Part shown: in pieces, positions 9,772-18,653 of the stretch | Layout of the letters: each line of letters opens with the position of its first letter | Numbering within the stretch: the stretch's first letter is position 1 | DNA from: Oscillospiraceae bacterium | Lineage (GTDB): Bacteria > Bacillota > Clostridia > Oscillospirales > JAAYXM01 | Assembly: GCA_017421025.1 (NCBI GenBank) | Contig: JAFQME010000015.1 | Span: 5,399-69,398 of the forward strand | Direction: 5' to 3' | Length of the DNA stretch: 64,000 nt | Notes under the pieces: generated by a model | The model's database searches: none | Told to the model about the DNA's origin: nothing | The model's input: only the letters and a program-made list of their open reading frames with translations | Made by a program: the position numbers and the translations under genes

Positions 9772-11130
9772 ATGCTGAATTCATATGATATCATGGAAAC
9801 CATCAAGATGATCGAGGAAGAGCATCTTGATATCCGTACCATTACCATGGGCATTTCTCTGCGTGATTGTTGCGGAGAGGACATCGGCCGTGTTGCGGAC
9901 AAAATTTATGAAAAAATCACCCGTACCGCCGCAAACCTGGTCCGTGTGGGCGAGGAGCTCGAAGCGGAATACGGGATTCCCATCATCCATAAACGTGTTT
10001 CGGTCACCCCGATTGCACTTCTTGCCGATGCGTGCACCAGTGCAGATGTCACCGTGCTTGCACGTGCACTCGACCGTGCCGCAGAAGCGGTGGGCATCAA
10101 CTTCATCGGGGGATACAGTGCATTGGTCCACAAGGGCATGACCCGAGGCGACAAGAATCTCATCGACTCCATCGCCGAGGCGCTTTCCGAAACCAAATGC
10201 GTTTGTTCCTCGGTCAACGTCGCCACCACCCGTGCCGGCATCAATATGGATGCGGTGGCACGTATGGGCGAAATTGTGAAAGATGCGGCATACCGCACCC
10301 GTGAGTCGGACTCCATCGCTTGCGCAAAGCTTGTGGTATTCGCCAACGCCACCGAGGATAACCCCTTCATGGCAGGTGCATTCCACGGTGTGGGCGAGGG
10401 TGAAAGCGTCATCAACGTGGGTGTCTCGGGCCCGGGCGTGGTGCAGAAAGCCATCCGTCGGGCAGGGGACTGTGACCTGGCGCAGCTTGCCGAAACCGTG
10501 AAACGGACCGCATTCAAAATCACCCGTATGGGTCAGCTTGCCGCACGGGAAGCGTCCCGGCGTTTGGGCGTCCCGTTTGGCATTGTGGACCTCTCTTTGG
10601 CGCCGACCCCTGCGGTGGGCGACTCGGTTGCACATATCCTGGAAGAAATGGGTCTGGAATCTGTGGGTGCGCATGGCACCACCGCAGCGCTGGCACTCCT
10701 CAATGACGCAGTCAAAAAAGGCGGCGTGATGGCAGCGGCGCACGTGGGCGGTCTTTCCGGCGCATTCATCCCGGTCAGCGAAGACGCAGGTATGATCGAT
10801 GCGGTGAGAAACGGCGCACTCTCGCTGGAGAAGCTGGAAGCAATGACAGCGGTATGCTCGGTGGGCCTGGATATGATTGCCATTCCGGGCGATACCTCGG
10901 CAGAAGTCATCTCGGGCATCATTGCAGATGAAATCTCCATCGGTGTGGTCAATAACAAAACCACCGCTGTGCGTGTCATCCCGGCTTACGGAAAATCTGT
11001 GGGCGACGAGGTGGAATACGGCGGGCTGTTGGGCTCTGCGCCCGTCATGCCGGTCAACACCAACTCCCCCTTGAAGTTCATCTCCCGCAAGGGCAGAATC
11101 CCTGCTCCCATCCACAGCCAGAAGAACTGA
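9772..11130 (+). CDS. UPF0210 (DUF711, PFL-like) family protein
   Basis: 452 aa starting [30 protein letters not shown], typical of the family, and paired with the ACT protein. Confidence 0.8.
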   Translation: MLNSYDIMETIKMIEEEHLDIRTITMGISLRDCCGEDIGRVADKIYEKITRTAANLVRVGEELEAEYGIPIIHKRVSVTPIALLADACTSADVTVLARALDRAAEAVGINFIGGYSALVHKGMTRGDKNLIDSIAEALSETKCVCSSVNVATTRAGINMDAVARMGEIVKDAAYRTRESDSIACAKLVVFANATEDNPFMAGAFHGVGEGESVINVGVSGPGVVQKAIRRAGDCDLAQLAETVKRTAFKITRMGQLAAREASRRLGVPFGIVDLSLAPTPAVGDSVAHILEEMGLESVGAHGTTAALALLNDAVKKGGVMAAAHVGGLSGAFIPVSEDAGMIDAVRNGALSLEKLEAMTAVCSVGLDMIAIPGDTSAEVISGIIADEISIGVVNNKTTAVRVIPAYGKSVGDEVEYGGLLGSAPVMPVNTNSPLKFISRKGRIPAPIHSQKN

Positions 11131-11131
11131 T

Positions 11132-11575
11132 ATGAAAGAGGCATACATGAGAGAAGCGCTCGCACTCGCCGCTGCTGCGGCGGAGGAGGGCGAAGTCCCC
11201 ATCGGGTGTGTTGTGGTAAAAGACGGAGCCATTGTGGGACGTGGGCGCAACCGCCGTGAGTTGGGGAAAAATGCGCTCTATCACGCAGAAATCATGGCAA
11301 TCGACGAGGCGTGCAAGACCCTTGGCGGTTGGCGTTTGTTCGGCTGTGAACTCTACGTTACATTGGAGCCGTGTCCCATGTGTGCAGGTGCAATCATCAA
11401 CGCCCGGATCGACAAAGTCTGTTTTGGCGCACATGATCCGAAAGCGGGGTCATGCGGCTCGCTCATCAATCTGTTCGAGCTTCCGTACAATCACAAACCT
11501 GCGGTGGAGAGCGGGATTTTGGGCGAGGAATGTGCCGAACTTCTCAAGAATTTCTTCAAAAAGCTGAGAAGTTAA
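11132..11575 (+). CDS. tadA: tRNA adenosine(34) deaminase
   Basis: CDA zinc motifs HAEIMAI and PCPMCAGA are present, and the size is 147 aa. Confidence 0.92.
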   Translation: MKEAYMREALALAAAAAEEGEVPIGCVVVKDGAIVGRGRNRRELGKNALYHAEIMAIDEACKTLGGWRLFGCELYVTLEPCPMCAGAIINARIDKVCFGAHDPKAGSCGSLINLFELPYNHKPAVESGILGEECAELLKNFFKKLRS

Positions 11576-11683
11576 TAGTTATTTAATAATGACCGCTTTG
11601 ATTTTTAACATTCGGGGAGTATACTATCGGTTGTAAAGAGAAATTGTTTTTTTCTAACTCCCCCTCCTATAATAGTTGTGCAA

Positions 11684-11712
11684 AGCACCGTGGCAATCGC
11701 CACGGTGCTTTT
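11684..11712 (+). terminator. intrinsic terminator downstream of tadA
   Basis: Stem agcaccgtggc / gccacggtgct with an aatc loop, followed by TTTT. Confidence 0.75.
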
Positions 11713-11723
11713 GCGTGCAAAAG

Positions 11724-11760
11724 AAAACCTCGGTCATACGTCGGTATGACCGAGGTTTTT
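11724..11760. terminator. bidirectional terminator serving the adh gene
   Basis: aaaacctcggtcata / tatgaccgaggtttt is a perfect long stem flanked by A and T runs. Confidence 0.8.
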
Positions 11761-11767
11761 GATACAG

Positions 11768-12823
11768 TTAGTCGATAATGACGAGCGGCTTAATGAGATC
11801 CTTGGGTTTGTCCTTCATCAGCATGAGTGCCGGCTCAACATTTTCCAGACCGTGGAAAGTGTGGGTGATGAGTTTTTCCGGATGGATACGGTTTGCGGTG
11901 ACCAGACGAGCCAGCTTTTCACTGCGAGCACGTCCGCCCGGCATCAAGCCGCCTGCGATGTACTTGTGACCCATGCCGCAACCCCATTCCACACGGGGGA
12001 TCTTGACATAGTCGCCTTCGCCCAGATAGTTGACGTTACCGATCTTTCCACCCGGCTTGAGCATACGAATCGCCTGATCGAAGGTGTCGTTGTCGCCGCC
12101 TGCGATGATGATCTTGTCAACCGGACCGTGGTTGAGGTCTAAAATCTGCTCAATAATATCGCCTTCACGGTAGTTGACGATTTTGGTTGCGCCGAACTCG
12201 AGAGCGAGATCAGCACAGTTCTTACGGGAACCGACCGCATAGATGTTTGCTGCGCCACGGATTGCTGCTGCAGCAACACCCATCAAACCGACCGGGCCGA
12301 TACCGATGACAGCGACGTTGTCGCCGTACTGAATGTCAGCCAATTCCGCACCGTGGAAGCCGGTCGGAACCATGTCGCTGACCATACATGCTGCGCCGAG
12401 GTCCATGCCTTCGGGGAGAAGGGCAAGGTTGCCGTCTGCATCGTTTACATGGAAATATTCACCGAAGACACCGTCTTTGAAGTTGGAGAACTTCCAACCG
12501 GACAGCATGCCGCCGGAATGCATTGCGTAATTTTCCTGAGCTGCAAAGGAACTCCAGTCCGGAGTGATTGCAGAAACCAGAACTTTGTCGCCGACTTTGA
12601 AGTCACGGACCAGGCTTCCGACTTCGACAACTTCGCCAACCGCTTCATGACCGAGAATCATGTCGCGACGGTCGCCGATTGCGCCTGCCCAAACAGTGTG
12701 AACGTCCGAAGTACACGGAGCGAGTGCGAGGGGCTTACAAATCGCATCGAGCGGGCCACATGCCGGAGTGTCTTTGGTGATCCAACCGGTCTCACCGATT
12801 TTTAACATTGCAAAACCTTTCAT
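11768..12823 (-). CDS. adh: NADP-dependent zinc alcohol dehydrogenase (TbADH/CbADH-like secondary-alcohol type)
   Basis: 351 aa. The N-terminus MKGFAMLKIGETGWI...CTSDVHTVW...LGHEAVGEVVEVGS is characteristic of the Thermoanaerobacter/C. beijerinckii ADH family. Rossmann motif GIGPVG. Confidence 0.85.
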   Translation of the reverse strand: MKGFAMLKIGETGWITKDTPACGPLDAICKPLALAPCTSDVHTVWAGAIGDRRDMILGHEAVGEVVEVGSLVRDFKVGDKVLVSAITPDWSSFAAQENYAMHSGGMLSGWKFSNFKDGVFGEYFHVNDADGNLALLPEGMDLGAACMVSDMVPTGFHGAELADIQYGDNVAVIGIGPVGLMGVAAAAIRGAANIYAVGSRKNCADLALEFGATKIVNYREGDIIEQILDLNHGPVDKIIIAGGDNDTFDQAIRMLKPGGKIGNVNYLGEGDYVKIPRVEWGCGMGHKYIAGGLMPGGRARSEKLARLVTANRIHPEKLITHTFHGLENVEPALMLMKDKPKDLIKPLVIID

Positions 12824-12848
12824 TTGAAACGTCCCTCCTAAAAGTTGA

Positions 12849-12866
12849 TTGTTTTATATTTAACAA
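12849..12866. promoter_or_regulatory. Rex-like operator in the adh leader
   Basis: TTGTTTTATATTTAACAA compared with the clostridial Rex consensus TTGTTAAnnnnTTAACAA. The right half is perfect and the left half matches 5 of 7. It lies just downstream of the predicted adh -10. Confidence 0.45.
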
Positions 12867-12876
12867 TCTTAACCAT

Positions 12877-12905
12877 AGGATAGCATGGAGCACCCCTGTT
12901 GTCAA
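12877..12905 (-). promoter_or_regulatory. sigma-A-type promoter of adh
   Basis: On the minus strand: TTGACA, a 17-nt spacer, then TATCCT. Confidence 0.55.
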
Positions 12906-12934
12906 GGGGAACTTGCGATTTTTTAACAATATAA

Positions 12935-12967
12935 GAAAAAAGAAAAGACCGAGACAATCTCGGTCTT
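12935..12967 (-). terminator. rpsT terminator
   Basis: On the minus strand: aagaccgaga / ctcggtctt hairpin followed by a T-rich tract. Confidence 0.8.
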
Positions 12968-12985
12968 ACTTTTGCATTTGATGAA

Positions 12986-13246
12986 TTACTGAGCGTTGTT
13001 CATCTTCTTCATGACCTGGCTCTTTTTGCGAGCAGCAGTGTTCTTATGAAGAATGCCTTTATTGACTGCCTGGTCAATGCTCTTGACAGCAGCTTTGTAG
13101 GCCTCAGAAGCCTGTGCGCCGCCCTCTTCCACCGCAGCGTCAAACTTCTTGATGGAAGTCTTGAGCGCACTCTTAGCGGCCTGATTGCGAGCTGCATAAA
13201 CTTTGGTAAGCTCTACACGTTTCTTTGCAGATTTAATGTTGGGCAA
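12986..13246 (-). CDS. rpsT: 30S ribosomal protein S20
   Basis: Starts (M)PNIKSAKKRVELTK. I place the start at TTG 13246, 7 nt after AAGGAGG. The track's GTG at 13255 lies inside the RBS. Confidence 0.93.
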   Translation of the reverse strand: MPNIKSAKKRVELTKVYAARNQAAKSALKTSIKKFDAAVEEGGAQASEAYKAAVKSIDQAVNKGILHKNTAARKKSQVMKKMNNAQ

Positions 13247-13295
13247 AGCGTCCACCTCCTTAAGGTTATAAATCCTTGTGATTAGTTACCGACCT

Positions 13296-13324
13296 ATTAT
13301 AACACCCTTTTTTGAAAAAAGCAA
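13296..13324 (-). promoter_or_regulatory. sigma-A-type promoter of rpsT
   Basis: On the minus strand: TTGCTT, a 17-nt spacer, then TATAAT. Confidence 0.5.
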
Positions 13325-13392
13325 GAAAAATTTTTATTTTTGTATAGGAGTTTTTTTGGGGCGAAAAATAAGGGGAGAAAGGAAGGGGTAAA

Positions 13393-14277
13393 ATGGGAAA
13401 TGTTCGAACCGATCTTGCGCTGGAAGCGCAGGAATTATGGCAGGAAAACGCCAAAGAACAAACCGAAATCCAAGGTGTGGTGGCACGTGAATTTGAGGAA
13501 AACGGGGTGCTGATTCATCGGGTCGAGATCAAAGACGAGGCAGGCGCCGCCGCACTCGGGAAACCTGTGGGGAGGTACAGTACGGTTCAGTTTTCCACCG
13601 TCCCGCAGCGCAGTGCGGAGGAGTTTGCTCACGCAATCGACACCCTTGCACGGGAACTCTCGCCGCTGCTTCCCAAGGGGAGCGGGTGTGTCATGACTGT
13701 GGGACTCGGCAACCGCAACATCACGCCCGATGCGATCGGGGACAAGAGCATGGAACATGTCCTGGTCACCCGTCATTTGGTGCGTGAGGTGCCCGATTAC
13801 TTTTCTGCGTTTCGCCCGGTTGCCGCCATCACACCCGGAGTGCTGGGGATGACCGGGGTGGAAAGCCGTGAAATCATCAAGAGCGTGGCGGAGGAAATTT
13901 CCCCGGACTGCATCCTGGTCATCGACGCACTCGCCTCCCGCCGCATCTCCCGCCTCTGCAAGACGGTCCAAATCACCGACACCGGGATTGTCCCCGGCTC
14001 GGGTGTGGGAAATGCCCGTGCGGCAATCACAAGTGAGAGCATGGGATTTCCTGTCATCGCCATCGGAGTTCCCACTGTGGTGGACATCAACACAGTCCTC
14101 TATGACCTTGCAGAAACCGCCCAAGTCACCCTCCCGACCCTCTCCGAAACCCTCATGGTAACCCCGAAAGAAATTGACACTTTGGTTGCGGAAATCTCCC
14201 GTATCATCGGCTATGCCATCAACCGTGTTCTGCAGCCCACACTTTCGTTGGAAGAACTGGATGTTTTTTTGTCATAA
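13393..14277 (+). CDS. gpr: GPR endopeptidase (spore germination protease)
   Basis: The N-terminus MGNVRTDLALEA is typical of GPR. It has a GVPTVVD-type core. The rpsT-gpr neighbourhood matches Bacillus. Confidence 0.88.
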   Translation: MGNVRTDLALEAQELWQENAKEQTEIQGVVAREFEENGVLIHRVEIKDEAGAAALGKPVGRYSTVQFSTVPQRSAEEFAHAIDTLARELSPLLPKGSGCVMTVGLGNRNITPDAIGDKSMEHVLVTRHLVREVPDYFSAFRPVAAITPGVLGMTGVESREIIKSVAEEISPDCILVIDALASRRISRLCKTVQITDTGIVPGSGVGNARAAITSESMGFPVIAIGVPTVVDINTVLYDLAETAQVTLPTLSETLMVTPKEIDTLVAEISRIIGYAINRVLQPTLSLEELDVFLS

Positions 14278-14390
14278 AAGAAAAAAATTCCCAAAATAGG
14301 GCTATTCAAAACGAAAATTATGCTTTATAATAGAAATAACATTGGTACAATCAATGAAGAAATCTCGAGGAAATTGAGGAGGACAAAATC

Positions 14391-15239
14391 ATGTATCAGT
14401 TCCCCATCGGTGTTATGTTGGAGTCGTTCCGCTGCGGCGAGGACGAAGCACTTGACAATGCGGTCAAGGTTGGCGCAAAAGGCATTCAGGTCTACGTCAC
14501 CCATGGCGAGCATTCCTATGAAGTTTTGGTCGGCGAGCGCCGTGCAGAACTCTTGAAAAAAATCAAAGACCGTGGCCTTACCATCTCCGCACTGTGCGGC
14601 GACTTTGGCCGTGGACTCTATGATCCGGAAGCAAATGTCGAACTCATCGAAAAGTCCAAGCGTGTTTTGGATCTTGCAAAGGAACTCGGCACCGACGTGG
14701 TCACAACTCACATCGGCGTTGTCCCGGCAGACCCGAACCATCCCCGCTATAAAATCATGCAGGAAGCTTGCTTTGAACTTTCCCGCTATGCAGACGAAAT
14801 GAACGCTCATTTCGCAATCGAAACCGGCCCCGAAACCTCCGCTGTCCTCAAGGGCTTCCTCGATAGCCTCGGCAGCCGTGGTGTTGCGGTCAACTTCGAC
14901 CCGGCAAACCTGATTGCAATCCATCATGAGCCGGCTGTGCAGGCGGTCCACAACCTCAAGGACTATATCGTACATACCCATGCAAAAGATGCTCAGTGGT
15001 TCTGGCAGTGTGAGCCGGAAGTCATCTACGGCATCCGTAAACCGGAAGACATCCCGACCTCCCCGGCATATGCGGAAGTTCCGCTCGGTCAGGGCGAAGT
15101 CGGCTTCCCGACCTATCTGAAGGCCCTGGAAGAAGTGGGCTACAAGGGCTTCCTCACCATCGAGCGTGAAGTCGGCCCGACCCCGTATCAGGACATCGAA
15201 ATGGCAGTCGGATTCTTAAAAGACATCATTTCTAAGTAA
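14391..15239 (+). CDS. sugar phosphate isomerase/epimerase (xylose isomerase-like TIM barrel)
   Basis: 282 aa with the family pattern (GAKGIQVY..., HFAIETGPE, NFDPANL, VHTHAKD, FLTIERE). RBS GAGGAGG. Confidence 0.8.
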   Translation: MYQFPIGVMLESFRCGEDEALDNAVKVGAKGIQVYVTHGEHSYEVLVGERRAELLKKIKDRGLTISALCGDFGRGLYDPEANVELIEKSKRVLDLAKELGTDVVTTHIGVVPADPNHPRYKIMQEACFELSRYADEMNAHFAIETGPETSAVLKGFLDSLGSRGVAVNFDPANLIAIHHEPAVQAVHNLKDYIVHTHAKDAQWFWQCEPEVIYGIRKPEDIPTSPAYAEVPLGQGEVGFPTYLKALEEVGYKGFLTIEREVGPTPYQDIEMAVGFLKDIISK

Positions 15240-15251
15240 GGAGAGAATACC

Positions 15252-16310
15252 ATGAGTAAGGTAAAAGTAGGTCTGATCGGTGCAGGCGGCATCGCTGTCG
15301 AACACATCAAGGGTTATCTCGCAAATCAGGATTGCGAAGTCTACGCAATCTGCGATATCAATGAATCTCTCGCAAAGAAGCGTGCGGAAGAGTTCGGCAT
15401 CCCGAACGTCTTTACCAGCGCAGACGATATGCTCGCACTCCCCGAGCTGGATGCGGTCAGCATCTGTGTGCTCAATGCACTCCATGCTGAAATGTCCATC
15501 AAGGCGCTCCGTGCCGGCAAGCACGTACTGTGCGAAAAGCCGATGAGCACCGACCGTGCAAGTGCAGAAGAAATGGTCAAGGCGGAAGCAGAGAGCGGCA
15601 AGCTCCTCATGATCGGCTTTGTCCGTCGCTTCGGCAACGATGCGGAAGTCATCAAGGACTATATCGACAACGGCGAAATCGGTGAAATCTACTACAGCCG
15701 TGCAAAATACGTCCGTCGTCGTGGTACCCCGGGCGGCTGGTTCACCAATAAGAACCTGTCCGGCGGCGGCCCGCTGATCGACCTTGGCGTCCATGTTCTG
15801 GACCTGACCCGTTACCTCGCAGGCAATCCGAAGCCGGTCTCGGTCTTCGGCTTCACCTCCAATAAGCTGGGCAACCGCTCTAACATCAAAGACGGTGCGC
15901 AGTACAAGAGCGCAACCACCGGCGAAGTTCCGCCGTCTTCTGTTGAAGACTTTGCAACCGCACTGGTCCGTTATGACAACGGCAGCATTCTCGAACTCAC
16001 CGTCAGCTTCGAGCTCAACATCGCAAAGGACGAAACCCTCATCGAGATGTGCGGCACCAAGGGCGGCTTCCGCTTCGACCCCGAGCTCACCATCTTCACC
16101 GATAAGTACGACCGCATGATCGACATCAAGCCGTACTCCTCGGCAGCACTCACCATGGACGGTCTCTTCCAGAAAGAAACCGACCACTTCATCGACTGCA
16201 TCGCACACGGCAAGAAGTGCATCTCTCCGGCATCCGACGGTGTTGAGGTCATGCGCATCCTGGATGCAATCTACCGCTCCGCAGAGAGTGGCCACGAAGT
16301 GCTCCTGTAA
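15252..16310 (+). CDS. Gfo/Idh/MocA family oxidoreductase
   Basis: N-terminal Rossmann VKVGLIGAGGIA plus the EKP motif (VLCEKPM). It starts 12 nt after the preceding gene. Confidence 0.88.
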   Translation: MSKVKVGLIGAGGIAVEHIKGYLANQDCEVYAICDINESLAKKRAEEFGIPNVFTSADDMLALPELDAVSICVLNALHAEMSIKALRAGKHVLCEKPMSTDRASAEEMVKAEAESGKLLMIGFVRRFGNDAEVIKDYIDNGEIGEIYYSRAKYVRRRGTPGGWFTNKNLSGGGPLIDLGVHVLDLTRYLAGNPKPVSVFGFTSNKLGNRSNIKDGAQYKSATTGEVPPSSVEDFATALVRYDNGSILELTVSFELNIAKDETLIEMCGTKGGFRFDPELTIFTDKYDRMIDIKPYSSAALTMDGLFQKETDHFIDCIAHGKKCISPASDGVEVMRILDAIYRSAESGHEVLL

Positions 16311-16321
16311 ACACAACAGTA

Positions 16322-16357
16322 AAAAACTCGGTCACACGCCAGTGTGACCGAGTTTTT
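16322..16357. terminator. bidirectional terminator
   Basis: aaaaactcggtcacac / gtgtgaccgagttttt. Confidence 0.8.
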
Positions 16358-16416
16358 ATTCTTTGTCTTTGGAAACATTCGCAACCGTGAGTTGCTTGTT
16401 TTTCTTGGTTTCTTTT

Positions 16417-18009
16417 TTACCGTAAAATCTGTGAGACCAGCCAGTAGTCGTTGGTGAGGATGGTGTCTGCGCCCATTGCGAGATATTCCTTTGCCTCCTC
16501 CGGGTCATCCGCAAAGAACACGTTACACAAAATCCCGTGTGCATGGGCTTTGTCGATCATTTCCTGGTTGAAATAGGGCTTGAAGAGCTGAACTTTCTGT
16601 GCCCCCAACTCAATCGCACGGTCCACAATCGCCCAGTTGCGGTTGAAATCATGCCCCACACAAATCGGGATATCGGGTGCGAATTCCTTGAATCTGCGGA
16701 TGTCGTCATCCGGCTCCAGCATAAAGTACATGTGCCGCTCGCACTCATACTTACGGATGAGAGAAACGATTTTTTCCATCGCCTCACGGGGATAAGGAAT
16801 CCCCCAAATCGGTTTGACATGAACGTTCATGATGCACTGCCCGGCAAACTTCTTCAAAATTTCCTCAAAGAGCACAATTTTCATGCCGGCAAACCGCTCG
16901 CCGTGCTTGATGCCGAAGTCATAACTCAACAGCTCTTCCAGCGTATGGTCAATTACCTTGCCGGTGCCGGTGGACACACGGTCTAAGACATCATCGTGAA
17001 TGGAGACAATCTCCCCGTCTTTGGTGGGCCAAAGGTCAAACTCAATCTCATGCGCCCCAAGCCCGATTGCCGCACCGAATGCAGGCATGGAGTTTTCGGG
17101 CGCAATGGTGGAAAATCCACGGTGTGCGCAGATGCGGGGATACCCCATTAAATCCTCAAACGGCACAATATTCGGTCCGCCCACACGGTATTGCCACGGA
17201 CGGCGACCGTATTCGATGTATTCATAGTGCGGAGCATCGGGATTCCCGTAACCCGCAGGCTTTAAGTACTTTTCATTCGGGTCAATCGTGACCTCGCCAC
17301 GCCCGAATTTCCCACGCAAATTGCACAGCACCTTCCCGGTCGGGGAAACTACCATGCTCGCACCGCAAATCTCGCTGTCCTCCGCAAAACTCACCGAGGA
17401 GCGAACCACATACGCATTGGTGTTGTATGCAAGATGACGGCACATAATTTCAATCGCATCGTGCGAATCGCTTCTCTGCAAACTGCACCCGATGAAGATG
17501 TCCACCTTGCTTTTTGCAATTTTGGCGAAAGCCTCGTAAAAATAGAAATCATAGCAGGTGAGGAAGCCGAACCGCAACCCCTCGATTTCCAGAACAAACG
17601 GCTCGGAATCGCAAAGGGCATAACTTGCGTCCAGCTGCAAAACATCTGCTTCCAGCGGTGGCAAGTGCTTTTTGAAATACTTGCCCACAAGCGTTCCTTT
17701 GCGGTCATATGCAAACGTGGTGTTGCGCCACCCCTCGTCCTCTTTGGAAAGGCAATTCACGAAAACAAGGGCATTACAGCGCTGTGCCGCTGCGATGCAG
17801 GCGCTGTGGAGACGGTCTATGTATGTTTCGTGCAACGCAAGGGTTTCTTCCAGCGTTGAGGTGGCAACCGGGACATCGCTGTACTCCGGCAACACGATTA
17901 AATCAACCGAGTCGTCACAAGCGGCGAGTTGGTCCAATTTATAGGCAAACAATTCGTCTGCACGGGACACATCTCGTGAATAGGGGGGCTGGATTACACA
18001 AAGTTTCAT
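16417..18009 (-). CDS. fusion protein: carbon-nitrogen hydrolase (nitrilase superfamily) N-domain + glycerophosphodiester phosphodiesterase C-domain
   Basis: The N-half has E-K-C triad contexts (LPEYSD, YFKKHLPP, GFLTCYDFYF). The C-half has GDPD motifs (ICAHRGFS, EIEFDLWPTKDG, SIHDD). It is a single uninterrupted 530-codon frame. ATG lies 8 nt after AAGGAG. Confidence 0.75.
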   Translation of the reverse strand: MKLCVIQPPYSRDVSRADELFAYKLDQLAACDDSVDLIVLPEYSDVPVATSTLEETLALHETYIDRLHSACIAAAQRCNALVFVNCLSKEDEGWRNTTFAYDRKGTLVGKYFKKHLPPLEADVLQLDASYALCDSEPFVLEIEGLRFGFLTCYDFYFYEAFAKIAKSKVDIFIGCSLQRSDSHDAIEIMCRHLAYNTNAYVVRSSVSFAEDSEICGASMVVSPTGKVLCNLRGKFGRGEVTIDPNEKYLKPAGYGNPDAPHYEYIEYGRRPWQYRVGGPNIVPFEDLMGYPRICAHRGFSTIAPENSMPAFGAAIGLGAHEIEFDLWPTKDGEIVSIHDDVLDRVSTGTGKVIDHTLEELLSYDFGIKHGERFAGMKIVLFEEILKKFAGQCIMNVHVKPIWGIPYPREAMEKIVSLIRKYECERHMYFMLEPDDDIRRFKEFAPDIPICVGHDFNRNWAIVDRAIELGAQKVQLFKPYFNQEMIDKAHAHGILCNVFFADDPEEAKEYLAMGADTILTNDYWLVSQILR

Positions 18010-18050
18010 CAAAATCGCTCCTTATCGCCGAAAGGCGCAGAAAAGTGCGC

Positions 18051-18545
18051 CTATTCGGTAATCATAATTTTGTCTTTCAGTTCTTCTGCTTCTTTGCGAA
18101 GGGTCTCGAGCAGTTTCTTTCCGGTATCGGATTGCGGGGTAATGTCGTTTTTGACCAGATAGGTGTAGACAAAGTTCCCGTCTTTTGAAATGCCGAGTTT
18201 CGACTCTTCCGCCTTGGGGTCGTTTTTGACCAATTCGTCCCACTGCTCCTTGGCGAAGCGGGAAACCATCAGAATCGGAGTCCGTACCCCGTCGATGAGC
18301 GCATAGAAGGTGCGGGTGTCATAGGCACCGGCATCGTTTTTGACCTCGTCAAACTGCGACGAGAATCCGGAAACCGACCAATTCTCCGGGACCGAGAAGG
18401 AAAGCCCGTGCTCGGCAAAGTTCTGCACTGCGTCTTGCATTTGATTTTGCAGTTGCTGCGGCGGTTCATTCGGCTTGGACTCAGCAGGAGAGCAGCCTGC
18501 GAGCGCAGCAGACAAGAGCAAAACCCAAAGAAAACGAAGTTTCAT
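18051..18545 (-). CDS. lipoprotein of unknown function
   Basis: MKLRFLWVLLLSAALAGCSP gives a signal peptide with a lipobox. The start at 18545 lies 8 nt after AAAGGA. Confidence 0.7.
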   Translation of the reverse strand: MKLRFLWVLLLSAALAGCSPAESKPNEPPQQLQNQMQDAVQNFAEHGLSFSVPENWSVSGFSSQFDEVKNDAGAYDTRTFYALIDGVRTPILMVSRFAKEQWDELVKNDPKAEESKLGISKDGNFVYTYLVKNDITPQSDTGKKLLETLRKEAEELKDKIMITE

Positions 18546-18653
18546 CCCATCCATCCTTTCAAAGAACTTACGCTTTTAGTTTACCACGAAATCAAAAAAA
18601 ATACCATGGACAAAGCGGAAATATTTGGTTACAATCAAACTGAGGTGATGACG

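Noticed and set aside
9781-11250. 489-aa antisense ORF across the UPF0210 and tadA genes
   Set aside because: It spans two well-supported sense genes. Its His/Arg/Gly/Cys-rich composition is typical of GC-rich antisense frames, and it has no translation signals.
11576-11712. Possible SRP RNA (ffs) or small RNA downstream of tadA; also a GGGGAGT...AACTCCCC hairpin and a TTGTTT-18-TATAAT promoter-like element directly before the terminator
   Set aside because: In many Firmicutes ffs follows tadA. This region lacks the conserved SRP domain IV sequence (GGUCCGGAAGGAAGCAGC-like). The putative promoter would produce only a roughly 30-nt transcript. It is most simply the tadA 3' UTR plus terminator.
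13325-13392. Forespore (sigma-F/sigma-G) promoter for gpr
   Set aside because: GTATA and GGCGAAAAATA-like elements are present. I could not fit their spacing and sequence convincingly to the published consensus by eye, so I made no call.
15216-16316. 366-aa ORF antisense to the Gfo/Idh/MocA gene (similar cases at 19247..20458, 33815..35014, 39534..40817, 42492..43682, 57299..58762 and 60147..61472)
   Set aside because: All of these mirror genes with unmistakable motifs on the other strand (Rossmann/EKP, SpoIIE PP2C, RnfD, GlyRS, PEPCK, PNPase). None has its own RBS or a recognisable domain.
18408-18653. Upstream extension of the AraC ORF that overlaps the lipoprotein gene
   Set aside because: It overlaps a convergent, better-supported lipoprotein CDS. 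An extended -10 (TGgTTACAAT near 18626-18635) and the GAGGTG RBS place the real start at 18654.
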